Assembly (NCBI GenBank): GCA_045585835.1
Contig: JAZMZG010000017.1
Coordinates: 152,315 to 216,314, forward strand
DNA: 64,000 bases
Source of the DNA: Eubacteriales bacterium
GTDB taxonomy: Bacteria > Bacillota > Clostridia > Oscillospirales > CAG-272
Direction of reading: 5' to 3'
Part shown: positions 27,715 to 36,610 of the stretch, in pieces
Position numbering within the stretch: position 1 is the stretch's first letter
Layout: each line of letters begins with the position of its first letter
Made by a program: the position numbers and the translations under genes
Notes under the pieces: generated by a model
What the model was told of the DNA's origin: nothing
The model's database searches: none
Seen by the model: the letters and a program-made list of their open reading frames with translations, nothing else

Positions 27715-28401
27715 TTACTCATTCGCAAGTTCAAATTTATATCCGACGCCCCAAATCGTCTTCAGTTCCCATTTATCCGATATGCCGGATATTTTTTCTC
27801 TTATTCTTTTTACGTGTACGTCAACCGTTCTTGAGTCCCCGATATAATCATAACCCCAAATCTTATCAAGGAGTTGATCTCTTGTGAAAACTCTGTTGGC
27901 GTTTGCAACCAAATGATAAAGAAGCTCAAGCTCTTTGGGCGGCATATTTACAAATTTGTCGGCAAGCTTTAATACGTATCTTTGAAGGCTTATTTCAAGT
28001 CCGTCAAGCTTCACCGTTTCATCATCCGTATGTCCAAGCGCATATCTGCGCATTATCGCTTTTAGGCGTGCGATTATCTCTTTAGGGTCATAAGGCTTTA
28101 CCACGTAATCGTCCGCTCCCATCTCCAATGCCAATACTTTATCGAACACGTCGCTTCTTTCGCTTACTATGATTATAGGCTTTGATGAAAACGACCGTAT
28201 TTCACGAAGAAGCTGTAAGCCGTCCTTTGCGGAAAGCGTACTTTCCATTACGACCGCATCGGGAGAAAAAAGCTTGAATGCGCCGATTGCAAGATCGCCG
28301 CTTTCCGATACGGCAACCTCGTGCTTTTCTTTTTCCAAAGCATTCTTTAAAGCCGCAGCACACGACTTGTCGCCGTCAACTATCAACACTTTATGATTCA
28401 T
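27715..28401 (-). CDS. OmpR/PhoB-family response regulator, atypical (Glu at the phospho-acceptor position), no adjacent kinase
   Basis: ATG 28401 sits 7 nt after AAAGGAG. Receiver domain plus winged helix (RTVDVHVKRIREKI...WGVGYKF). AVVMESTLSAKDG aligns to the OmpR segment LMVLDLMLPGEDG. Confidence 0.85.
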   Translation of the reverse strand: MNHKVLIVDGDKSCAAALKNALEKEKHEVAVSESGDLAIGAFKLFSPDAVVMESTLSAKDGLQLLREIRSFSSKPIIIVSERSDVFDKVLALEMGADDYVVKPYDPKEIIARLKAIMRRYALGHTDDETVKLDGLEISLQRYVLKLADKFVNMPPKELELLYHLVANANRVFTRDQLLDKIWGYDYIGDSRTVDVHVKRIREKISGISDKWELKTIWGVGYKFELANE

Positions 28402-28502
28402 ATAAAGACTCCTTTCACAAACTTCGCTTGTGAACATTCTAAAGGAAAATCCTTAAAATAACTTTAAAAATTATTTATACTTTTAGGCAAATTTGTTGCA
28501 AG

Positions 28503-29354
28503 CTACAACAATACTTCGGGCAATAAGCTTCCAAACGGAACAATATTAGCCATACTCGTGAGTAAAATAAACGCAACAGCAAAGACGATTACCGCAAGTA
28601 TAAACAAAATATCTCTTGTCTTGAACCTTAAAACGTTCATTCTCGTTCTGCCGCCGTTGGAATTGTAGCATCTGCATTCCATAGCCGTGGCAAGCTCATC
28701 TGCTCTTCTGAAAGCAGAAACGAAAAGAGGTATCATAATAGGAATAAAAGCCTTCGCTTTTTTGATAAGACCTCCCGATTCAAAATCCGTACCTCTGGCT
28801 TTTTGAGCGTTTATGATTTTGTCCGTTTCTTCCATAAGCGTAGGAATAAACCTTAAAGCTATAGACATCATCATCGCAAAATCGTGTACGGGAACCTTGA
28901 GCTTTGCAAGCGGTGCAAGAAGGCTCTCTATACCATGTGTAAGCGCTATGGGCGTGGTCGTGTAGCTTATCAAAACAAGCGTGCTCATAACAAGTGAAAC
29001 GAGCCTGAAAACCATATAAAGTGCGGAGATAAGTCCCTCAAGGTATATTTTTATAAAAAAGCCTTCGGGCGTTAAAAGTATATCGCCCTTCGTCCAAAAT
29101 ATATTAAAAAACGAAGTGAAGGCTACGATAAATATAAGCGGCTTGAGGCTTTTTAAAAGTTGACGAAGCGGTATTTTGGAAAGCGATGCCATCGCAAAGC
29201 AAAAGCCTACACTCAATATATACGTTGGTAAATTATCGGCGAAAAAAACTATGATTATAAATATAAAGCTCGACACAAGCTTTGCTCTCGGGTCAAGTAC
29301 GTGCAAAAGTGAATTCGCGCTGTAGTATTGCCCCATCGCAATATTTTTCATCAT
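28503..29354 (-). CDS. ecfT: ECF transporter transmembrane (T) component
   Basis: CbiQ/EcfT-type membrane protein with the coupling motifs AQKARG and AFRRADELATAMECR. Confidence 0.9.
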   Translation of the reverse strand: MMKNIAMGQYYSANSLLHVLDPRAKLVSSFIFIIIVFFADNLPTYILSVGFCFAMASLSKIPLRQLLKSLKPLIFIVAFTSFFNIFWTKGDILLTPEGFFIKIYLEGLISALYMVFRLVSLVMSTLVLISYTTTPIALTHGIESLLAPLAKLKVPVHDFAMMMSIALRFIPTLMEETDKIINAQKARGTDFESGGLIKKAKAFIPIMIPLFVSAFRRADELATAMECRCYNSNGGRTRMNVLRFKTRDILFILAVIVFAVAFILLTSMANIVPFGSLLPEVLL

Positions 29355-30235
29355 TTGCGCTCACCTCCCGACGTAAGCTCTCTTGCAAGAGCGTCAACGG
29401 TAAAAATGCCGTCGGAAATATTCATTCCCTTTTCTTTAAGCATTTTCGCAAGCTTCGTTATCTGCGGTACGTTGAGTCCCCACTCAATAAGCTCTTTTGA
29501 GTGTGAAAAGACCTCGGCAACCGTACCGTAAAGCTTAAGTTTTCCATCCTTTAACACTACAAGGTCGTCACAGTATTTTGCCATATCCTCCATACTGTGA
29601 GAAATTATTATAAGGCTTGCGCCTTTTTCCTTATTATATCTCACGAGTCCCGAAAGTATCTCTTCTCTGCCCGTGGGGTCAAGACCCGCCGCAGGCTCGT
29701 CAAGCACGAGTGTGTCGGGTGCCATCGCAAGTACGCCCGCTATGGCGACTCTGCGCTTTTGTCCGCCCGAAAGGTCGAAGGGGGATCTATCCATTACGGC
29801 TTCGTCAAGCCCCGTAAACTCGGCTGCTTCCTTAACGAGCTTTGCTATTTCTTCTTCGCCCTTCCCCATATTTTTCGGACCGTATGCTATATCCGCTCTG
29901 ACGCTCTCCTCAAAAAGCTGATATTCGGGGTACTGAAAAACAAGGCCTACTTCAAATCGGAGCCGTCCTATCTCCTTTTTGTTTTCCCAAATATCCTTGC
30001 CGTTATGAAGTATCTGCCCCTCTTGGCATTTTGTAAGTCCGTTTAATAGCATCGCAAGCGTGCTCTTTCCCGAGCCCGTATGCCCCATTATTCCCGTTAT
30101 GCGTCCTTTTTTAAAGCCGACGCTGACGTGCGAAAGAGCGAGCTTTTCGTGAGGCGTGCCCTTATCGTAATAATAAGTCACGTCTTTAAGCTCTATGGCA
30201 TTGTTTATCTTTTCGGCGTCCACTTTATTCTCCAA
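29351..30235 (-). CDS. ecfA2: ECF transporter ATPase A2
   Basis: GHTGSGKST, LSGGQKRRVAIAG, LVLDEP. Overlaps ecfT by 4 nt. Confidence 0.9.
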   Translation of the reverse strand: MENKVDAEKINNAIELKDVTYYYDKGTPHEKLALSHVSVGFKKGRITGIMGHTGSGKSTLAMLLNGLTKCQEGQILHNGKDIWENKKEIGRLRFEVGLVFQYPEYQLFEESVRADIAYGPKNMGKGEEEIAKLVKEAAEFTGLDEAVMDRSPFDLSGGQKRRVAIAGVLAMAPDTLVLDEPAAGLDPTGREEILSGLVRYNKEKGASLIIISHSMEDMAKYCDDLVVLKDGKLKLYGTVAEVFSHSKELIEWGLNVPQITKLAKMLKEKGMNISDGIFTVDALARELTSGGERK

Positions 30236-31076
30236 TCAATACGTTGTATATGTCCTGTGCCGTTTCCTCTAAAGAAAGGCTTATCGGCAACTCTAAATTC
30301 TTCTCTCGCAGCCTGTATATAAGCTCTATATTTTGCGGAGGGCACAGTCCCGCTTTTTTGAGCAAAGGCTCGTTTGAGAACACCTCTATGGGTGTTCCGT
30401 CACTTACTATCCTTCCGTCAAGCATTACCACTGCTCTGTCCGCAAGACACGCTTCCTCCATATAATGCGTTATCATAACTACGGAAATACCTCTTTCCTT
30501 TAGCTTTTCTACAACGGAAAGCACCTCCGCTCTGCCGTAAGGGTCAAGCATCGCCGTAGATTCATCAAGTATTATGCATTCGCTCTGCATCGCAAGTACG
30601 CCCGCTATGGCTATCCTCTGCTTTTGTCCGCCCGAAAGTCTGTGCGGCTCGGAAAGTGCGTATTCGGACATACCCACAAGCGACAAAGCTTCGTCTACTC
30701 TGCGTCTTATTTCGTCGGAGGGCACGCCTAAATTTTCGGGGCCGAAGGCAACGTCTTCCTCGCAAATAGTCGCAACGAGCTGATTGTCGGGGTTTTGAAA
30801 CACCATACCGACCGCTTTCTTAACGTCAAAGTCGTGCTTTTCGTCACGGGTGTCAAATCCGTTTACGGTAACGCTTCCCTTATCGGGCAGATATATTCCG
30901 TTGCAAAGCTTGGCAAGCGTGCTCTTTCCCGAGCCGTTTTTGCCGAGTATTGCCGTAACCGTGCCTCTTTCTATCTCAAGGCTTACGCCCGATAAGGCGG
31001 CAGGCGCCGACTCCGAGGTATCATCTGCCGCATCGTATGTGAAATATACGTCTTTTATACTGATTATACTTGACAT
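30225..31076 (-). CDS. ecfA1: ECF transporter ATPase A1
   Basis: GKNGSGKST, LSGGQKQRIAIAG, IILDES. The start is set at ATG 31076 (MSSIISIKDVYFTY); the TTG at 31109 in the ORF track overlaps the upstream gene. Confidence 0.85.
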   Translation of the reverse strand: MSSIISIKDVYFTYDAADDTSESAPAALSGVSLEIERGTVTAILGKNGSGKSTLAKLCNGIYLPDKGSVTVNGFDTRDEKHDFDVKKAVGMVFQNPDNQLVATICEEDVAFGPENLGVPSDEIRRRVDEALSLVGMSEYALSEPHRLSGGQKQRIAIAGVLAMQSECIILDESTAMLDPYGRAEVLSVVEKLKERGISVVMITHYMEEACLADRAVVMLDGRIVSDGTPIEVFSNEPLLKKAGLCPPQNIELIYRLREKNLELPISLSLEETAQDIYNVLIGE

Positions 31077-31095
31077 AAAATTCTCTCTAAAATTA

Positions 31096-31965
31096 TTATT
31101 TCCACTCAAGTCTTGCTACCGCTCCGCAAGGGAGGGCGACTTTCTTTTCCGTTATCGGAAGTCCGACCTCATCTGCAAAAAGAGTGAAGTCTTCATATCC
31201 GTTTTTTCTTGCGTTTACCGCAAGAAGCGCAGCCACCGCAGAAGCGGAAAGTCCCGTCGTGTAGCTGTTATATATGACCGCAAGAGGCTTTTTCGAAAGA
31301 AGCTTCATGCAAAGCGATACGAACTCGTCAACGTTTTCCTCAAGCTTCCACAATTCTCCCGTAGGGCCTCTTCCGTAGGAAGGCGGGTCGAGAATTATAA
31401 CGTCGTAGGTGTTCTGCCTTCTTATTTCTCTTTCGATAAACTTTTTGCAATCGTCCACTATATACCTTATAGGTGCATCGGCAAGTCCCGAGAGTGCAGC
31501 ATTTTCCTTTGCTTGCGCAACCATTCCTTTAGATGCGTCAATGTGGCATACGCTTGCGCCCGCCGCCGCTGCGGCAACACTTGCTCCGCCCGTATAGGCA
31601 AAGAGGTTCAATACCTTTACGCCCTTTCCCCTTTCGGAGATTATCTTTCGAAGATAATCCCAATTTGCCGCTTGCTCGGGGAAAAGTCCCGTGTGCTTAA
31701 AGCTCATCGCCTTGAGCTTGAAGCGAAGGTCTTTATAGCCTATGGTCCAACTTTCCGGAAGCGTATTCTTTGACCAGTTTCCGCCGCCCGTTTTGCTTCG
31801 GCTGTACTCGGCGTCAGCCTTCTTCCAAAGAGGACTTTGCTTTGCTCCCTTCCATATGACCTGCGGGTCGGGCCTTACAAGTATATATTTTCCCCATCTC
31901 TCAAGACGCTCACCGTCGGATGCGTCAATGAGCTCGTAATCATTCCACTTATCCGATAAAATCAT
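31096..31965 (-). CDS. Class I SAM-dependent (RlmI/RlmK-like) RNA methyltransferase
   Basis: VLNLFAYTGGASVAAA SAM motif and ILDPPSYGRG catalytic-loop motif. Confidence 0.7.
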   Translation of the reverse strand: MILSDKWNDYELIDASDGERLERWGKYILVRPDPQVIWKGAKQSPLWKKADAEYSRSKTGGGNWSKNTLPESWTIGYKDLRFKLKAMSFKHTGLFPEQAANWDYLRKIISERGKGVKVLNLFAYTGGASVAAAAAGASVCHIDASKGMVAQAKENAALSGLADAPIRYIVDDCKKFIEREIRRQNTYDVIILDPPSYGRGPTGELWKLEENVDEFVSLCMKLLSKKPLAVIYNSYTTGLSASAVAALLAVNARKNGYEDFTLFADEVGLPITEKKVALPCGAVARLEWK

Positions 31966-32018
31966 TTTTAACCTCTTAAATGGCCGCAGTTATACCAAAG
32001 CAGTATATTTTGCGGCGT

Positions 32019-32963
32019 TTATGTCGTTTCGCCTTGGGGCTCATCGCCGGATTCGTCACCAAGTTCGTTGCCGGGTTCGTCACCATTTTCACCACCGGGT
32101 TCGTTACCATTTTCACCACCGGGCTCGTTATCGGGCTCGTTATCGGGCTCGTTACCGGGTTCGTCACCAAGTTCGTTGCCGGGTTCATCATCGGGCTCGG
32201 CTTCGGGAGCGAGTATCATGTATCTGTCAAGGATATACACCTCTGTTCCATCTTCGAGCTTTACAAGCGCCCAATGAAAATTATCGTCATTCTTGCTCAT
32301 CTTCAAAACGGTTATCACCGTATCTTTTTTGAGCTTTCCGTCCTTTATCCTCGTAGCTGTGTTGCATTCAGTATAAGTGTCAATATCCGTAGTAATAACG
32401 TATTTTTGGTTTACGTCTTTCATCTCGGGTATCGTAAGTGCTTTTTCGGAAAGGTGTTCTCCGTAAATGAAATATGCCGTGCCGCTTATTTCAACTCTCC
32501 ACCAACCGTTATCGGTGATGCCCGTTCTTTTTAATACGGTTCCCCACTCTACGCATCTTATTATCTGCGCTTCGGTCGAAGGTGCCGTGCGCACGTTCAC
32601 TCTGCAAGTGGCGTATACAGTCTTCTTGGTTTCGTCTGTATAATTAACTGTTGTTTCATCGGGCGTTTCGTCGGGTGTTTCGTCGGGTGTTTCGTTCGGT
32701 GTTTCGTCGGGTGTTTCGTCGGGTGTTTCGTTCGGCGTTTCGTTGGGTGTTTCGTTCGGCGTTTCGTCGGGTGTTTCGTCGGGTGTTTCGTCCGGCGTTT
32801 CGTCGGGTGTTTCGTTCGGCGTTTCGTTCGGCGTTTCGTCGGGTATCACGTCTGCAGAGGAATCCTTATCGTCGCTTTCCGTGATTTTCACAATCTTCGC
32901 CTGACAAGAACAAACGACCAAGCATATTAACAACATAAATACCAAAACTGTAAGTTTCTTCAT
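32019..32963 (-). CDS. Lipoprotein with two SH3b-like domains flanked by acidic Pro-rich tandem repeats
   Basis: Lipobox-like LLICLVVCSC. About 16 copies of (E/D)TP(D/N), then an SH3_3-like segment VNVRTAPSTEAQIIRCVEWGTVLKRTGITDNGWWRVEISG. A second SH3-like segment and a C-terminal (G/D)(N/D)EP repeat follow. Confidence 0.7.
   Translation of the reverse strand: MKKLTVLVFMLLICLVVCSCQAKIVKITESDDKDSSADVIPDETPNETPNETPDETPDETPDETPDETPNETPNETPNETPDETPDETPNETPDETPDETPDETTVNYTDETKKTVYATCRVNVRTAPSTEAQIIRCVEWGTVLKRTGITDNGWWRVEISGTAYFIYGEHLSEKALTIPEMKDVNQKYVITTDIDTYTECNTATRIKDGKLKKDTVITVLKMSKNDDNFHWALVKLEDGTEVYILDRYMILAPEAEPDDEPGNELGDEPGNEPDNEPDNEPGGENGNEPGGENGDEPGNELGDESGDEPQGETT
32036..32215 (-). repeat. 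In-frame imperfect tandem/nested repeats encoding a GNEP/GDEP/DNEP tail
   Basis: TTCGTCACCAAGTTCGTTGCCGGGTTC occurs twice, ACCATTTTCACCACCGGG twice, and ATCGGGCTCGTT three times. Confidence 0.8.
32653..32844 (-). repeat. About 16 tandem 12-nt units (GG[GC]GTTTCGT[CT]), in frame, encoding ETPD/ETPN
   Basis: Directly visible periodicity of 12 nt with two alternating variants and no spacers. Confidence 0.9.
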
Positions 32964-32978
32964 TACGGTTCTCCTTAT

Positions 32979-34025
32979 CTACACATCAAATCTGTTTTGT
33001 TCCGAGTGCGTATCGGGGTTGTACTTATATCCGAGATGCTCGTAAGCAAGTGCAGTTGCAAGTCTTCCTCTCGGAGTTCTGCTTAAAAAGCCTATCTGCA
33101 ATAAATAAGGCTCGTATACGTCCTCTAAGGTCACGGTCTCCTCGCCTATCGTTGCCGAAAGCGTTTCGATTCCCACGGGGCCGCCCTTATAGACCTTTAT
33201 TATGGTCTCGAGCATTCTTCTGTCCGTTCTGTCAAGACCGAGCTCATCTATCTCCATCATTCGAAGGCATTTGTCTGCTATTTCCGCATCTATTATGCCG
33301 TTTCCGATAACCTGCGCATAATCTCTGACGCGGCGCAAAAGACGGTTTGCGATTCTCGGCGTACCTCTTGAGCGAGATGCTATCTCCAATGCGCCGTCAC
33401 GGTCTATGCCCACGTTAAGTATACCCGCAGAGCGTGTTACTATTTTCGCAAGCTCCTCTACCGTATAAAGCTCAAGTCGAAGTATCATACCGAAGCGGTC
33501 ACGCAAGGGAGACGTGAGCTGTCCTGCTCTCGTAGTTGCGCCTATAAGAGTAAAATGCTTCAAATCAAGGCGTATGCTTCTTGCCGAAGGGCCTTTTCCC
33601 AAAATAATGTCAAGGGCAAAATCCTCCAATGCGGGATAGAGTATCTCTTCAACGCTTCTCTGAAGGTGGTGTATTTCGTCGATAAACATAACGTCGCCTT
33701 CGTTGAGGTTGGTTAAAAGCGCCGCAAGGTCGCCCGGCTTTTCAATAGCGGGACCTGAGGTTATACGGAAATTTACGCCCATTTCCTCTGCAATAATTCC
33801 CGCAAGCGTGGTCTTACCGAGTCCGGGAGGGCCGTATAAAAGCACATGGTCAAGGCTGTCTCCTCTCGTCTTTGCAGCTTCAATGGCTATTTTCAGTTGT
33901 TCTTTGGCGAGTTCTTGACCTACGTATTCGTCAAACCTTTTCGGTCTTAACGAAAATTCGTTTTCGCTGTCCTCCGAAGTAAGAGAAGAGCTAATTACTC
34001 TGTCGCTTGAAAATTCGTCCATCAT
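32979..34025 (-). CDS. ruvB: Holliday junction branch migration DNA helicase RuvB
   Basis: [19 protein letters not shown] and an AAA+ lid plus winged helix. The start at ATG 34025 follows GGAG and overlaps the stop of the upstream HAD gene (ATGA). The 32 extra codons in the ORF track are unsupported. Confidence 0.9.
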   Translation of the reverse strand: MMDEFSSDRVISSSLTSEDSENEFSLRPKRFDEYVGQELAKEQLKIAIEAAKTRGDSLDHVLLYGPPGLGKTTLAGIIAEEMGVNFRITSGPAIEKPGDLAALLTNLNEGDVMFIDEIHHLQRSVEEILYPALEDFALDIILGKGPSARSIRLDLKHFTLIGATTRAGQLTSPLRDRFGMILRLELYTVEELAKIVTRSAGILNVGIDRDGALEIASRSRGTPRIANRLLRRVRDYAQVIGNGIIDAEIADKCLRMMEIDELGLDRTDRRMLETIIKVYKGGPVGIETLSATIGEETVTLEDVYEPYLLQIGFLSRTPRGRLATALAYEHLGYKYNPDTHSEQNRFDV

Positions 34026-34690
34026 ATCTCCTCCGTTATTATGTCGTAAAGCTCTGCGGCATCGTATGCTATAACGTCTGCTCCCGTACCCAAAAGCAAC
34101 TCGGGCGGTCTGTAGCCCCAAGCAACTCCTATACAGTAAAATCCCGCATTTTTGGCGGTCAGCACGTCTACGTTCGAATCGCCAACATATGCAACTTTAG
34201 CCTTATCGGTAACGCCTAAGCTCTCCATCATAAGATACGCTCCCGCAGGGTCGGGCTTTACGGCAATACCCTTACACTCGCCTCTTGCACAGTCGATAAG
34301 CTCTTTGTCGAACTTACACTCGCAAAGCTGTTTTACAAAGAAATCGAGCTTGTTTGAAAAAACGCCTATTTTATAGCCCTCCGCTTTGAGCTTTTTCAAA
34401 AGCTCCGTTATTCCTTCAAAAGGCGCCGTCTTATCCGCATAGCAAATATCGTATTTATCGCTGAAGCTCTGTCTTGCTTTTTCGTGATCGTAGCTGTCTT
34501 TTACACCTATAGCCTCAGCGGCGCTTTTTATCAAATGGTCAACACCGAAATTTATTCCCGCAAGAGTCTGCTGTCTTGAAAATTCCTTTTCGCTTATACC
34601 AAAAGCATATGCCACAGCAGTGCGCAAATCCTCTATCGTATCAAGGAGCGTGCCGTCAAGATCAAAAATTACCGTATCAAAGCGTTTCAT
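34022..34690 (-). CDS. HAD-superfamily hydrolase (phosphoglycolate-phosphatase-like)
   Basis: Motif [13 protein letters not shown], motif II VFSNK, motif [10 protein letters not shown]. Confidence 0.8.
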   Translation of the reverse strand: MKRFDTVIFDLDGTLLDTIEDLRTAVAYAFGISEKEFSRQQTLAGINFGVDHLIKSAAEAIGVKDSYDHEKARQSFSDKYDICYADKTAPFEGITELLKKLKAEGYKIGVFSNKLDFFVKQLCECKFDKELIDCARGECKGIAVKPDPAGAYLMMESLGVTDKAKVAYVGDSNVDVLTAKNAGFYCIGVAWGYRPPELLLGTGADVIAYDAAELYDIITEEI

Positions 34691-34753
34691 CGCAATCTCC
34701 GTAAATATATATTAAATCATTGTATTATATCATATATTTTCAATAAATGCAAA

Positions 34754-34799
34754 TAAAAAAACCGCTTCTTTTGAAAAATATCAAAGAAAACGGTTTTTT
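34754..34799 (-). terminator. Terminator of the solute-binding lipoprotein gene
   Basis: On the minus strand, an imperfect long hairpin AAAACCGTTTTCTTTGA...TCAAAAGAAGCGGTTTT followed by a T-run. Confidence 0.55.
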
Positions 34800-34810
34800 G
34801 TTTTATCGTG

Positions 34811-36301
34811 TCAGTTAGCTTTGGAGAGCGCCGAGTCGTACAACGAATTGAAATGGCTCTCCGCCTTGCCTTTTCTGCCCGCAACAAAGCTCGAAAGGTC
34901 AGTCGAGCCTTTTGGGAGCAAGGTGCGGAGAAGACTCGAATATCCCACACCCCAACCGTCATAAATATATCCGAAATCGAAGTATACGTTCGGGAAGATA
35001 TATTTTTCAAGCATCTCAAGGCTCTCAAGATCTCTTGTTCCGCTTCCGAAGAGCTGCTGTTCTACGACTGCGGGATAAACCATTCTGTAGGAATAATACG
35101 CCATCGTTTCAAGTATGACGCTCGTTCTTTCGGGGTCTTCATTGTCAATCGGAACGCATATGGTAAGGTGCCAAGGGTCTACCCACGAGCCGTATTGCTC
35201 TTGGTTTTCGTCAAATTTGGGGAGGGGTATAATTCCGAAATTTACACCGTACTCTCGGAGCGCTATAGCGTCGCTTGCGGACGCCACTCTAAACAAGACG
35301 CGTCCTTCCGCAAAAGCATCGAGATACTCCTTGCGTTCAACGTCCATTTTATGTATAACGCCTCTTGAGCCCGTATTGAAAAGAGTGTTGAGCTTTTGTA
35401 CGATGCTTGCCATTCTCGGTGTGTTGACAAGATAGGTCGGTGCATCGTTTTCTCCTTTTTCAACCGTGCTTTGTCTGAAAGCTCCGTACCAAAAATTTAT
35501 ATACGAATGGTCGTTTGACGTCACCGCTATCAAATCTTCCCCGTCGTAAATTCCGTCGCCGTTGAGGTCTTGCGAAAAATTCTTCGTAAGCTCCGTCATC
35601 TTATCGACCGTCCACTCGCCGTCCCTTACGAGCTGATATAAATCGGGCAGCTCGTATTCGTTTGCAAGGTCCTTATTAAACAAAATGCAGGCTGCCATCG
35701 AATAATATCCGTAACAAGAGGAATTTATCGCAAAATACGCCTCGTCAAACATAGAGCAGTTTTCCGTAAAGTTTTGTATCCACCACGGCTTTGAAAGGTC
35801 GCAATACTCAAGATAATCAAAGGAAAGCACAGCATCTGCAACAATGAGAGCAGCACAAGCAGAGGTGCTGTGTATCGCCGCCGCATCGAATGCGTGGTCG
35901 CCCGCAAGCACGCTGTCGATTATCTTCTGCGCCTGTTTATCCGTATACGTGTTATACTGCTCGGCGGCTATGGTTACGCCGATAACGTCCTTTATGGCAA
36001 GATTTCTGTTATATATCGCATCGGTTATGGGGTCTCCGTTAGGCGCCTCTCTGACAAAACGGTCGGCTCCCGACGGAGCAGGTGCGAATATAGTAAATTC
36101 GTAATCCTTATAAAATGCGCCGGCGGGAATATCCAACGTTTCTTCGGAAAGCTCTACCTTTATACCTTCGTCTTCGCCGAATGCTTCTCCGTCATCAAAC
36201 CCTTCTTCGTTTTCGCCGCCGTCATTTTTGCACGCCGTAAAGCTTGCGCAAGTTAAGAGCAAGGTTAAAACCACAAAAAGTGCAAAAAGCCTCTTTAACA
36301 T
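34811..36301 (-). CDS. Large extracellular solute-binding lipoprotein (ABC SBP family 1-like), orphan
   Basis: ATG 36301 (MLKRLFALFVVLTLLLTCASFTAC lipobox) follows GGAGGAAC; the TTG at 36313 in the ORF track is the SD itself. Its size (~495 aa) and layout resemble LplA/YtcQ-type sugar-binding proteins. No permease genes are adjacent. Confidence 0.6.
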   Translation of the reverse strand: MLKRLFALFVVLTLLLTCASFTACKNDGGENEEGFDDGEAFGEDEGIKVELSEETLDIPAGAFYKDYEFTIFAPAPSGADRFVREAPNGDPITDAIYNRNLAIKDVIGVTIAAEQYNTYTDKQAQKIIDSVLAGDHAFDAAAIHSTSACAALIVADAVLSFDYLEYCDLSKPWWIQNFTENCSMFDEAYFAINSSCYGYYSMAACILFNKDLANEYELPDLYQLVRDGEWTVDKMTELTKNFSQDLNGDGIYDGEDLIAVTSNDHSYINFWYGAFRQSTVEKGENDAPTYLVNTPRMASIVQKLNTLFNTGSRGVIHKMDVERKEYLDAFAEGRVLFRVASASDAIALREYGVNFGIIPLPKFDENQEQYGSWVDPWHLTICVPIDNEDPERTSVILETMAYYSYRMVYPAVVEQQLFGSGTRDLESLEMLEKYIFPNVYFDFGYIYDGWGVGYSSLLRTLLPKGSTDLSSFVAGRKGKAESHFNSLYDSALSKAN

Positions 36302-36610
36302 AAGTTCCTCCAAAAATTCCTTTTTGTAATTATACCATCTATTTATCGAACTTTCAATACATTCCGCCTTTTTATCTTAAAGAACCGATTTTTTATCAAG
36401 CACCGAGCTGTGTTAATTTATGCACCATTTTGTATATTTTTGCGTATTTTGACATTTATCGACCGAGTTCCTCAATTCTCGACAAAAGCATTTTAAAGCG
36501 AAAATTGTCGTAATTTTGTGTAGTAAAATCTAAAATTGCTTATAGGAGTTCACAAAAAATTAATATATAGGTGGTATATTTATTTCACAAAATACACTTT
36601 GGAGTTTTTT

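Noticed and set aside
30850-31773. 307-aa plus-strand ORF
   Set aside because: It lies entirely antisense to two well-supported minus-strand genes (ecfA1 and the methyltransferase). It has Arg/Ser/Phe-rich composition typical of antisense frames, no SD, and no recognisable motif.
31980-32534. Plus-strand ORFs across the repeat region (184, 103 and 69 aa)
   Set aside because: They are artefacts of low-complexity repeats, which are open in several frames. The minus-strand frame carries the lipobox and SH3b domains.
32653-32844. Regular 12-nt periodic repeat that might be taken for a CRISPR or other non-coding array
   Set aside because: The units abut directly with no spacers, stay in frame, and translate to an ETPD/ETPN linker inside a lipoprotein gene. 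No cas genes are present.
34717-35368. 103-aa minus-strand and 186-aa plus-strand ORFs at the 3' end of the SBP gene
   Set aside because: They overlap the SBP coding frame or its terminator and have no SD or motif.
36302-36313. TTG 36313 as start of the solute-binding lipoprotein
   Set aside because: On the minus strand this TTG lies within TTGGAGGAAC, which is the SD. ATG 36301 gives a canonical lipoprotein signal peptide.
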